Assembly (NCBI RefSeq): GCF_006345805.1
Contig: NC_042998.1
Coordinates: 165,416,001-165,480,000 of the forward strand
DNA length: 64,000 nucleotides
DNA from: Octopus sinensis
Taxonomy: Eukaryota
Reading direction: 5' to 3'
The notes beneath the pieces were generated by a model. That model made no database searches and was not told the DNA's origin. It saw only the letters and a program-made list of their open reading frames with translations. Positions 14,770 to 26,285 of the stretch are shown here, one piece after another; positions within the stretch are counted from its first letter, which is position 1, and every line of letters starts with the position of its first letter. The translations under genes were made by a program, and so were the position numbers.

Positions 14770-14940
14770 TTACGGAATGAGGATAACAACGTAGCTTTCG
14801 CGCCCATGCAACCGCCAGTCTATCGCGTGTGGTGGGTGGATCTTCAAGTTGCCACACGCACTCTTAGTAACTTAGAGTAGGCTCGAATTAGAGATTATTC
14901 TTTGTGGCCGATGGCGTAAGTCCTGGTTGGAAGAAGAAGA
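14770..14940 (+). mobile_element. Probable RTE-type LINE 3' end with (GAA)n tail
   Basis: Degenerate WWVDLQVATRTLSNLE*ARIRD resembles the W.D....D......A.DR..W end of RTE ORFs, followed by gaagaagaaga. Confidence 0.4.
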
Positions 14941-15454
14941 CCACAACAATAACAACAATGATGATGACAGGCTAGCAGCAGCAGGCGGCAAATAGGCAGA
15001 TTAATCAGAGTGTTAGATGAAATACCTTATGCTATTTATTCTGACACCTTGTCAATTCTGTTTCAATTTTGACTCGGCCATCAACACTACTTATTCTTCC
15101 GGGACCGATAAATAAATCACTGCTTGTAAGGAAACAGATTAGCAGAAACGGTAGAACGTTGATTATGCTACCTTGCAGTATTTATTCCGTCTCTTTGTGA
15201 TCTGAGTTCAAATCCCCTCGTGATTATCGTGGATAGTAGATACAATCCACTCCCTAATTTAACACTGCCAACAGGACCTTAGAGTTCTCGAACCTGATAG
15301 CAGTGTCGAACCTGCTGCAAATCTTCGAGCGTGCAGATAACAGATAATATAATCGGTCTCATCCTCTTGTATCGGAGGCCCCCATAAATGATTAAGGGAT
15401 AAAGATGACCGAAAATATCGGGATCAACCCCTTATCATTCATCATACTGTCAAT

Positions 15455-15725
15455 TCAACAATCATTACCACCATAATGACAATACTTATAGTAGGAAAAG
15501 TAATTTTTGGTACAAGGCCAGTCATTTTTAAAGGTGTCAGTTAGACGTGACTCTCGGCTCCAATATTTTACTGATATTGTATTTTCATCGACACCGGGGA
15601 GATAATAGGTAAATTCAACGTTGGTGGAATTTGAACTGAGAAGGTAAAGAGCGAACAAAAATACCGCAGCTATTTTTTGTATACTCGGACGCCCAAACGA
15701 TTCTACTAGCTCGCCGCCTTAATAA
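15455..15725 (-). mobile_element. SINE family S2, degraded monomer
   Basis: Reverse complement of ggcggcgagct...gttcaaattcc...gtcga...tttcatcc; head at 15710-15720. Confidence 0.7.
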
Positions 15726-17499
15726 GGAAAGTAATAAAAACAGTAGTGTTATAAAACCACAATGAAACAACAAAATTAATACTAAAATAACAAAACACAA
15801 TAACAACGATCTATTGTAATGCCATCTTCACACCGTTCTTTATGACCACTCCAAGATTTTAAATAATCCGATATTTTCCAAAAGGCTGAATAAGATCTTT
15901 CAAACGTGTAATTCATTACATTTCAACCAGCATATACATTTTACCAAACACAATTATTAAAACTAGACGTGACTTTATTCGTCAAAACTTCATTTTTAAT
16001 GTTCACTTGTTTATCTAATATTTTTTTTGTATTTACTTATATATATTTTCATTTATCCGTGGATGTGTTATTATGAATCTTAATTTTTGCTTTTCGTTAT
16101 TTTTGTTTTAATTTTTTTTTATGGTGTGGGATTTATATTGCATTTAATTATTAATGTAAAAAGGATGGATTGGATTACTTATGATGATAACTCGTGTATT
16201 CCACAATTCTGTGTTTGAAACCTTCATGGTCCGGATTTCATTTTTCGATAATCAATAAGAATATCAATAATGCAGTATCACCAAATAATAAGAAATTGTA
16301 TCAAATAATATCAGTTGCTTCTAATTTAGGCACGAGACAAACAGTTTTGAGGGGAGGAGGTTTGCCGATTATATTAGCACCAATACTAGGCTGGTATTTT
16401 ATTTTATTGAACCAGAAGGATGAAAAGCAACATTAGAAAAATAATCGGAACAAATATCGCAAAGCATTTTGTTCAATCCACAAACGATTCTGCCGCCCCA
16501 ACACTCTGTAATAATCTAATAATGCTGATATCGTGACGATATGTGGATATGTAACCGAAAACTCTTCTTCCGTAATGTTCTCTAATTAAAAACAGTATTT
16601 CTAAAGACGACCGCTCCTATTACATTTACTATCATTCTGAAAATGTGAAATACAAACTATAGGACAAAGGGAAGGTTACGCAGGGGGTTAAAGGGGAGAA
16701 GGTAGGGAAGAAAAGGTTAAAAGAGCATTACTCACAAAAAGACAAATTTGTTAAACAGGGAGCTAAAAGCACCCACCATAATAACAAATCACAACTTAAC
16801 ATCTGATATAAAAGCTATAATGAATAATTATAGTTTCGTATATAAAATAATGGGATCGTCGCGAGCAGAATGACTTTCATCAAAGTTTTGTTCGACTATA
16901 TTTGAGCTAAGAATACAAAAAAATAAATAAATGAATAAACAACAAAAGGGTTTGCTTCGAGTCAAAAGGAAAATTTGTCGGAACGGGCTATCGACCTACT
17001 AGATAACGCGGCCAAATTTCCGTCATTTCAGCTTTATCGTCATAAATCAGGAAAGGTCACGTTGAAAACTGTAGTCCTATATTTATATACAGATGTATTT
17101 GTGTAAAGTTTAATTTAACATGATCGAGCTCTTTCGCACATGTGAAGACTTTCCGCTGCAGAAACAATTCCGGGAGAAAATTCTCTAATTAGTCATGTGC
17201 CTTTGAATAACGTCATTGGATTGTAGAACTCCTACGTTTCTACGTTCTTTAGCTTCGTAAGCTGTGCACTCTAAATATATCATTCACAGCTCGATAAGAA
17301 CGAACTTATTAATATTTTATCCCCTCTTCTCAACCAGAGTTTGTTTCAATTGTCTCTAGGAATATGTTTAACTATCTCTCAAAGTAGAGGTAATTTCAAT
17401 AAACCTATAATTTATTTCGATAATGTTTATTTTTATTCAAATTATGGCCTGGCTGAGTCCTTAATTCTGATTCATTAACACACACACACACAGTGTTTC

Positions 17500-17870
17500 G
17501 CGGGTACTTAATTTATCGACCCCGAAAGGATGTAAGGCAAAATCGACCTCGGAGGAATTTGAACTCAGAACGTAGTGATGGGCGAAACACCGTTAAGCAT
17601 TTCGTCCAGCTTGCTAACGATTCTGCCAGTTCGCCGCCTTAGTAATAGTCCTTTCTATTATGGGCACAATGCCAGAAATTTGGAGGAAGGGGAAATCGAT
17701 TACATCGACCTCAGTGCGTAACTAGTACTTATTTCATCGATCCCGAAAGGATGAAATTCAAAGTCGACCTCGGCGGAATTTGAACTCAGAACGTAGCGAC
17801 GGGCGAAATACCGCTAAGCATTTCTAACGATTCTAACGTTCTAACGATTCTGCCACCTCGCCGCCTTCGT
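17500..17870 (-). mobile_element. Two S2 SINE monomers in tandem
   Basis: Two heads (cgccgcc at ~17632 and ~17860), each with gaatttgaactcagaacgtag and cccgaaaggatg. Confidence 0.85.
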
Positions 17871-18399
17871 CAAAGAAATACCAATAATTATGATTACTAA
17901 TGACATACAGAAGAAGTCACACATTCTACATCTCGGGTACGGTGGAGGATAGGAACTACTGACGCTAACGTGTTAAAGTCATTTGTTTTATTACATGGAA
18001 TTTGTGAATGTCAAATTAAATGCTGGGGTTGAACTACGAACGTAGATGATATAACGAAATAGCACAATGACATTTTGTTCATCACTCCAAAAATTCTGCC
18101 ATCGAGCATATTTTAAATTATAATGCTGCTAGTGACGGTCTTTTTTCTTTTGTCAGAAGTGTTTTTTGTTAATACAGATCTTTTACTACATAAAGTAGAC
18201 AAACTTACATGCATACAAACAATTGCAAATGCTTACATACGTTGGCGTATTTGTATATAAATATATATAAATACTCAAAACATACAGGATCTTGAGGATA
18301 AATTGTGACAATTTTTACAAGGCACAAAACTGGTTATAAATACTAAAATAATGGTAATAGACAAATATAATTTTAATGTAACATTTATCACAACAAAAA

Positions 18400-18870
18400 C
18401 ATTTATCACTCAATATGGCCGCTCGTTTGGCCAATTATTGCTTTCACACGAAAACGAAATTTTTTTGCAGCTACTGCAACCTCCGCCCTTTTGATTTTGC
18501 CTATCATGTGCACGAGGCAGGTCTTCAAACTGTTGACGCTCGAGTAAAGAATTGGTCCTTGCTTGAAGTACGCCCCATAAAAAGTTGTAATCTAGGTTAT
18601 TACTCGGCCAGCTGTTGATCCTCACAAAAATGGCACCTTCTCATCAAGGAAGGCCTGTGCTGCTTTTAACCCAGGGCATGGTGCAAAATCATGTTATTGG
18701 TAGTGTGCCCGGTGCGCGTCAAAAAGAAAAAATGACGGAAGGATTCTGTTGTTCCATGACTTTCTGTGGTCCAATCAGGTCGTTATTTACCGGAAAAATA
18801 AAGAAAAGGATTAGATTTTCAAGCAAGGTTTTGTCAAAAAATGCAATGTTAAACTCACTAAGTCAACTGC
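18400..18870 (-). mobile_element. IS630/Tc1/mariner transposase remnant (DDxD-like C-terminal half)
   Basis: HDFAPCPGLKAAQAFLDEKVPF.. followed by NSWPSNNLDYNFLWGVLQART; decayed QQDxAPxH and WPxxSPDLNPLDY motifs. Confidence 0.75.
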
Positions 18871-19230
18871 TTAAAATTGGTCTCAGTTTATCTTCAGTTT
18901 ATGTGCAGATCTTCAGACTTTCATACATATACGCATGCATACATACAAACATGCATACATACATACATACATACACATACATACATACATACATACATAC
19001 ATACATACATACATACATACATACATACATACATACATACATACATGCATGCATACATACATACAAGTGAAAAGAGAATACCCATGCTCGACTATTGAGA
19101 AAACTGCATTGTCTCTATCCCGATTACAAGTTCAGATTTATACGCACGCGCACCTTCGTATTGTGATCACCAAGATTTTATTTTCTCCCTTTCTTTCAAC
19201 CTCTCCTGCCAAATTTTTTTCCCAACCAGC

Positions 19231-19425
19231 CGCCATGCTTGAGCGCTAACTCCACAGGCTTATTTATTTTTTTATCTCTCTGTTTATCTTCTCTTATTCC
19301 TTTCTGTTGAAGAGCATAGGCTCGTAACGTAAGAGACTTTCTCACTTTCCCGAGCGTCAGACTAATACACCTGCTTGTTGTTCATACACCTGTCTTCGTC
19401 TTTTGTTTTTCTGTAAATTTTAACC
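19231..19425 (+). mobile_element. Repeat family B copy 1 (hammerhead-like core, GAAA mutated to GTAA)
   Basis: Aligns with 52504-52710 and 61340-61548 starting at cgccatg; contains ctgttgaagagcataggctcgtaacgta. Confidence 0.75.
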
Positions 19426-19429
19426 AAGT

Positions 19430-19930
19430 GGATAATTTCACTTTTGTTCACTTCGTGCAACCTTTCGAATAAATTCAGTTCTGTGAATCGATACATTGTC
19501 GTCCCTGAAGATTGCACGGTCATCAGGGAACAATGTTCGGAGAATAGGATGCAGATGGTCATAAAAATTCTTGGCGATAAGTCTGCCATGATGACCAATT
19601 AAAACTCCAAGACAATTCCGTGATATGGCTGGCCAAATAACGGTAGGAGCCAAACACTCATTGTTGGAAACTTATTTGAGGTGTCTCCAGTTATAAACTC
19701 GCCCTAAACTGGGAAAAAGTGATTGATGATTGTTTCATTGAGCCACTGACCACTTCTGATAATATACACGCCATTTTTTCTGCTTACCAATGGGATTGAG
19801 TATGGGAGAGAGGATTAGCAATTTCAGCCCTCTCGAGGTATGCAGCTTTATAGAGTTCACGACGAACCAATTTGGCTGATGTAAGCTTGACATGGTGGTG
19901 GTTTAGCTCTGCAAATATGATTGTTTTAGA
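19430..19930 (-). mobile_element. Tc1-like transposase remnant (HTH to second Asp)
   Basis: KLVRRELYKAAYLERAEIANPL; SLFPSLGRVYNWR; APTVIWPAIS..LG...HGRL...DHLHPILRTLFPDDRAIFRDDNVSIH. This is a separate element from 18400-18870 because both cover the second-Asp region. Confidence 0.85.
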
Positions 19931-20039
19931 CGATGCTTCACTATTCTGCGGTTCTTCTACCCAGAATTATGCTTTTCAGAGCGGGTTTTAACCTTGAGCG
20001 GGTTTTAACCTTGATTTCAGAATGGCAACATGACCTTAA

Positions 20040-20262
20040 AGTAAAGTTACCTTCTCGAGTCATACACCGACTCATACGGCCCGGTTTCCCGGTTTTATGG
20101 CGTATGTATTCCCCACTTGGACGGGACGCTGTCCCGTCGCAGGATTACTAATTTTACCGGCTGATTGGACTGGAACAACGTGAAATGAAGTGTTTTGCTC
20201 AACAACACAACGCATCGTCCGGTCCAGGAATAGAAATCTTATCTTTTAACTTATCTTTTTGT
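20040..20262 (-). mobile_element. SINE family S4 (CORE/V-like body), 5'-truncated
   Basis: Reverse strand ttgagcaaaacacttcatttcacgtt...cctgcgacgggacagcgtcccgtcc...gactcgagaaggtaactt aligns to 40540-40760. Confidence 0.7.
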
Positions 20263-20269
20263 CGTTTAT

Positions 20270-20760
20270 CTTTCGCTTGTTTCAGTCATGAGACTGAGGC
20301 GATGCTGTGGCAATACTGCGGCGATGCTGCGGCAATACTGCGGCGATGCTGCAACGATGTTGTGGCAATGCTGCACCGATACTGCGGAGATGTTGCGGCA
20401 ACGCCTTCAAGAACATTTTTAGTCGAATGAATCGACTCAAGTATTATTTCTTTAAAACTTGGCACTTATTCTATCGATATCTTTTGCCGAACCGCTAGGT
20501 CATTATGATATTAACGCACCGGCACCAATTATCAAGAGATAGTATGGGACAAACACAGGCATAATGACACACACACATAACACATACAACGGGCTTCATT
20601 CAGCTTCCACCTACCAAATCTAATGAGAAGTCTTTGGTCGGCCCGTGGCTATAGTGGAAGACAATTGTCTTAGGTTCCATGCAATGGGACTGAACACTGA
20701 ACCGTGTGGTTGGGAAGCAGGCTTCTAACCACACAGCCACGTCTGCGCCTATAAAATATC
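20270..20760 (-). mobile_element. SINE S1 copy carrying an 11-bp minisatellite in its tail
   Basis: S1 3' module and head both present; tandem 11-mers at 20294-20405. Confidence 0.8.
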
Positions 20761-20959
20761 TTAATATATTTTTTTTTAAAAGAAAGCACAGAGGACAAAA
20801 TGACGTAGTACCAGTAATACGTAATGCATATGAACACAATATAAAAACTAGGACAGTTTTAATTTGTTTTACTGTCCATAAAATAAACAGTTAAATCAAA
20901 AATGGTGTTTCCCTTACTTTGTCCAAAATATGTATACTCTACACTTTCGATAGGTAATC

Positions 20960-21189
20960 TTTACTCTCTCTTTTACTTGTGTCAGTCATTTGACTGTGGC
21001 CATGCTGGAGCACCGCCTTTAGTCGAGCAAATCGACCCCAGGACTTATTCTTTGTAAGCCTAGTACTTATTCTGACGGTCTCTTTTGCCGAACCGCTAAG
21101 TTAAGGGGACGTAAGAACACCAGCATTGGCTGTCAAGCGATGTTGGGGGGGACAAACACAGACACACAAACATATACACACACACACAA

Positions 21190-21250
<61 letters not shown>

Positions 21251-21416
21251 CGACGAGCTTCTTTCAGTCTCTGTCTACCATATCCACTCACAAGGCTTTG
21301 GTCGGCCCGAGGCTATAGTAGAAGACACTTGCCCAAGGTACCACGCAGTGGGACTGAACCCGGAACCATGTGGCTGGTAAGCAAGCTACTTACCACACAG
21401 GCACTCCTGCGCCTAT
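20960..21416 (-). mobile_element. SINE S1 full-length copy
   Basis: On the minus strand: head ataggcgcaggagtg...tggtaag...gggttcagtccc, CORE-like ccttgggcaagtgtctt, internal (TA)n(TG)n, 3' module and LINE-like tail. Confidence 0.92.
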
Positions 21417-21981
21417 ATAGAAGAGAATAATAATTCAAGTTTACGATTATATGTGCATGTGCGGGGAGGGAGAAAGATAGAAAGACAGGGACAGACAGAG
21501 AGACAGAGAAACAGCACGCGAGAAAGAGATAATGAAAGAAAGAGAGTGAATGAGAGACGGAGGTAGGGAGACGGAAATAAAGAAAGAGAGAGTGACAGAA
21601 AGGGAGAGAAAATAAAAGTGTGTGTATGTGCGCGTGCGTGCAATCTCACGTAGTTTGATAACGATCCTCAAAGAAGTAATACAACTCAAGTGTAAGTCGG
21701 TGGTTGAAAACCGTGACTATCTTCATATCCGAACGCACGCTCTCTTCCGGCACCAAGCTTTTGGCAAAACTGAAGGTTTTAGTTCTTTATATACTCAAGA
21801 TTCGTTTGTATTCATTGCTGATGTGAGGAACGTTTATCGCCTCTCTGATACTCACTTTTAAGTCATATTTAAAGAAGTTCGTGCAGATTTAATAAAGATG
21901 AAAAGACACAGACGGACATGCGTTAAGACACACATATACATTATAAATGTATATGTATTTATATATTTATAAATGCCTGCT

Positions 21982-22040
<59 letters not shown>

Positions 22041-22061
22041 TATATACATACATATATACAT

Positions 22062-22103
<42 letters not shown>

Positions 22104-22837
22104 TACGACGAGCTCTTTCAGTCTCTGTCTACCATATCCACTCACAAGGCTTTGGTCGGCCCGAGGCTATAGTAGAAGACACTTGCCCAAGGTACCACGC
22201 AGTGGGACTGAACCCGGAACCATGTGGCTGGTAAGCAAGCTACTTACCACACAGGCACTCCTGCGCCTATATAGAAGAGAATAATAATTCAAGTTTACGA
22301 TTATATGTGCATGTGCGGGGAGGGAGAAAGATAGAAAGACAGGGACAGACAGAGAGACAGAGAAACAGCACGCGAGAAAGAGATAATGAAAGAAAGAGAG
22401 TGAATGAGAGACGGAGGTAGGGAGACGGAAATAAAGAAAGAGAGAGTGACAGAAAGGGAGAGAAAATAAAAGTGTGTGTATGTGCGCGTGCGTGCAATCT
22501 CACGTAGTTTTGATAACGATCCTCAAAGAAGTAATACAACTCAAGTGTAAGTCGGTGGTTGAAAACCGTGACTATCTTCATATCCGAACGCACGCTCTCT
22601 TCCGGCACCAAGCTTTTGGCAAAACTGAAGGTTTTAGTTCTTTATATACTCAAGATTCGTTTGTATTCATTGCTGATGTGAGGAACGTTTATCGCCTCTC
22701 TGATACTCACTTTTAAGTCATATTTAAAGAAGTTCGTGCAGATTTAATTAAAGATGAAAAGACACAGACGGACATGCGTTAAGACACACATATACATTAT
22801 AAATGTATATGTATTTATATATTTATAAATGCCTGCT

Positions 22838-22840
<3 letters not shown>
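21251..22840. repeat. Tandem duplication, period ~855 bp (unique part ~735 bp)
   Basis: 21251-21986 versus 22106-22840. By eye the copies differ by four single-base indels and no substitutions; a TA/CA tract separates them. Confidence 0.95.
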
Positions 22841-22892
<52 letters not shown>

Positions 22893-23424
22893 ATATCTAC
22901 ATACACACACACACATATATAATATATATATTATATATATATACATTTATATGTTTGTGTATATGTATGTACAATACAAACAATACATACATAAACACAT
23001 GCACAGACATATATATGTGTGTATATATATATATACATGAATATATATATATATAATAATAATATAAATAATATATAAATATATGCATATATACATACAT
23101 ATATGTTCATACCTACATATATATGTATATATACACGTATATATGGGTACAGGACATAAAAAAAAAACGTTGAACACAATGAGAAATGAAAACATGAAAA
23201 CAAAAACATAGACACGAATTTTGTTCGAACAACGAAAAAAACAAACAGAGAAACGAAACATAAATACATGAATTCATCGACAATTACTAATTTCTTATGC
23301 ATAAAATCACCATGAGTCAGATACTGTTATATAGAATTTTTATCAAACGAAATGTGTATGAGTATGTAGATGTGTTTATATATACTACATACATACCATA
23401 CTTATATATATATATATTCTTTTA

Positions 23425-23710
23425 TTCTCTTATTTGCTTCAGTCATTTGACTGTGGCCATGCTAGAGCATCGCTTTAGTCGAGCAAATCGCCCCCAGAAC
23501 TTATTCTTTGTAAGCCTATCGTTTCTTTTGCCGAACCGCTAAGTTACAGGAACGTAAACACACCACCATCGGTTGTCAAGCGATGTGAGGGGGACAAACA
23601 CAGGCACACAAAGACATATGCACAAACACATACACACACAGTGGGACTGAACCCGAAGCCATGTGGTTGGTAAGCAAGCTTTCCTACACACCGCCACTCC
23701 TGCGCTTAAT
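23425..23710 (-). mobile_element. SINE S1 internally deleted copy
   Basis: 3' module joined via (CA)n directly to the head segment gtgggactgaacccg...ccactcctgcgc. Confidence 0.8.
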
Positions 23711-24562
23711 ATATATATATATATATATAATATATTATAATATAATGATATATATATTATATAGTATATAATATTATATATATATATATATTATAATATA
23801 TATATATAGAACTTCTATACATAGCTGTGGTGTGAGTGAGCGTGTGTATGGATCTATGAGTACAAGTATGTTATGAAATATGAAAGCTGAGCAAATGCAC
23901 TAAAAACAAGGCGAAATTAGCACTTAAACAACATCAGCATTCCCTGAATGAATGTAAGGAGAATTCTCTTCAAGGCTATTGTGTATGTTAAGGAACGTAT
24001 CTAAGAGAACCACAACAACGGCAGATGATCATGATAGACAGCAAATGGATTCCCTAAGGACTTGCGTAATTACTATAAATTGGATAGTGCTGGCATTCTT
24101 CCCTATGTAAAACTATATAATATTAATCACTCTTGAAAGAAGAGCGCTTCAGGGCAGGTCCAGTCCTCTGTATCGTTTGTCGAGCAAGGTAAAAGGCTTT
24201 TTCTGTTTGACCTTCAACAATAACCTCCATTTGCATTATTGTATTACTTGAGACAGAGACACGCGAATGCCTGGTCAGGGAGGCTGACACAACTAACTTA
24301 GAACGCTGACACATACTTAATATACGTAAATGAACTCCGACATAAGTATATGAAATTAGACGCTGCCAGTGAATAAATGGTTACATAGACTGACTGATAT
24401 GCTTAGGTAGTCACACAGCAAAACACAAGTGCATATACGCACACGCACATATAAATGTGTATATATATATATATGTGTGTGTGTATGTGTATATATGAAT
24501 GTATGTATATATGTACGTATGTATGTTTGTATGTGGTGTATACATATATATATATATTATAT

Positions 24563-24598
<36 letters not shown>

Positions 24599-24688
24599 CA
24601 TGCATACATACACACATATGTATGTGCATTTGTATGCATATATACTCACACGCACGCACGCACATATAAATATTTATACGTATACTCT

Positions 24689-24919
24689 TTACTCTTTTAC
24701 TTGTTTCAGTCATTTGACTGCGGCCATGCTGGAGCACCGCCTTTAATCGAGCAACTCGACCCCGGGACTTATTCTTTTTGTAAGCCCAGTAGTACTTATC
24801 TATCGGTCTCTTTTGCCGAACGCTAAGTTATGGGGACATAAACACACCAACATCGGTTGTCAAGCGATGTTCGGGGGACAAACACAGACACACAACACAC
24901 AGACGCATATTAATATATA

Positions 24920-24974
<55 letters not shown>

Positions 24975-25475
24975 TTATATAAATTCAGGGTGGATACTTG
25001 ATAATTGTAAGCACCTGTATATACCATTTAGTGGTGTAGGTGATATCCTGTATATACCAGATATCCTGTATATACGATATATCGAGTGAGAAACGAGATG
25101 GACGCTTTGATTTTGTTCTGGTGCTTCGCTCTGTCGTACGCGACTATGAGGATTTGCAACCCCAACGTAAAACTTATGTCCTTGAAGAAGTAATTGTACG
25201 CGGCTGAAGAAGGCTATAGACACATATTTACATCAATTATGCATTGTTATAAACCGTCTAATAAAGGCCCGAAACATATGTACTGCTAAGTCCTTTGCAT
25301 CATGTTTTTATTTTGTTAAATATATACATATATACATATATACGACGGGCTTCTTTCAGTTTCCGTGTACCAAATCCACTCACAAGGCTTTGGTCGGCCC
25401 GAGGCTATAGTAGAAGACACTTGCCCAAGGTTCCACGCAAACAAGCTACTTACCACACAGCCACTCCTGCGCCTG
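24689..25475 (-). mobile_element. SINE S1 split by a ~340-bp insert (24981-25320) in its internal microsatellite
   Basis: 3' module 24689-24900, TA tract, unrelated sequence, then head half 25342-25475 in the same orientation. Confidence 0.8.
25200..25286 (+). ncRNA. Type I hammerhead ribozyme-like motif A
   Basis: Helix I gcgg/ctgc; core CTGAAGA 25204-25210; extra A; long helix II (ggc...tagac/gtcta...ggccc); GAAA 25271-25274; palindromic helix III acatatgt; predicted cleavage after GTA at 25282. Confidence 0.65.
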
Positions 25476-25489
25476 TATATCTCTTATCA

Positions 25490-26046
25490 TTTGCTTCTTT
25501 TGGTTGTTAGCCTCTGGCCATGCTGGAGCGCCTCCTTGAAGAATTTAGTCAAATAAATCGACCTTACTACTGTTTTATGCCGGAAACTTATTGTGTCAGT
25601 TTCTTTCTACACGAATCGCTAAGTCGCGGCTACGTCAACAAACTAGAACTGGTCGTCAAGCGGTGGAAGGTAACAAATACAAACATAAAGACGAACAGAC
25701 AGACAGTCACAAACACACAGACACATATATATATACGACGGGCTCGTTTCAGTTTCTGTCTGCCACTCAGAAGACTTTGGTGAGCCAAGGGTTATAATAG
25801 GAGACATTTGTTCAAGGTGCCGCGCAGTAGGACTGAACCGGAAATAACGTGGTTGAGGAGCAAGCATTTTATCATACATCCATAGGCGCAGGCGTGGCTG
25901 TGTGGTAAGAAATATGCTTCCAAAGCACATGCATCCGAGTACAGTCCAACTGCGTGACACCTCGGGGGGCAAACGTCTTCTATTATAGCCTCGGACCGAC
26001 CATAGACTTCTTAGTGGATTTGGTAAACGAAAACTGAAGGGAGCCC

Positions 26047-26125
<79 letters not shown>

Positions 26126-26285
26126 TTTGTGTGTGTGTGTGTGTCTATGTGTGTCTGTATTTGTCTCCCACCACCACTTGACAATGCATACAGATAATGT
26201 CCTGCCGTCGATTCATTCGACTAAGATTCCTCAACGCAGTGCTCCACCATGACCGCAGCCTAATGACGGAAACTAGTAAATGATA
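25490..26285. mobile_element. Two diverged S1 SINEs head-to-head (minus 25490-25880, plus 25882-26285)
   Basis: Both show the head, internal microsatellite and 3' module, in opposite orientations. Confidence 0.75.

Noticed and set aside
21660-21861. ORF LITILKEVIQLKCK...DTHF duplicated with the tandem repeat
   Set aside because: No recognisable domain, weak acceptor, and its start lies in a microsatellite.
24123-24314. Protein-like minus ORF ending ...QTIQRTGPALKRSSFKSD*
   Set aside because: Plausible acceptor but no recognisable homology; several frames on both strands are open here.
25098-25193. Signal-peptide-like MDALILFWCFALSYA
   Set aside because: Stops after 31 codons and lies in a mobile insert next to hammerhead A.
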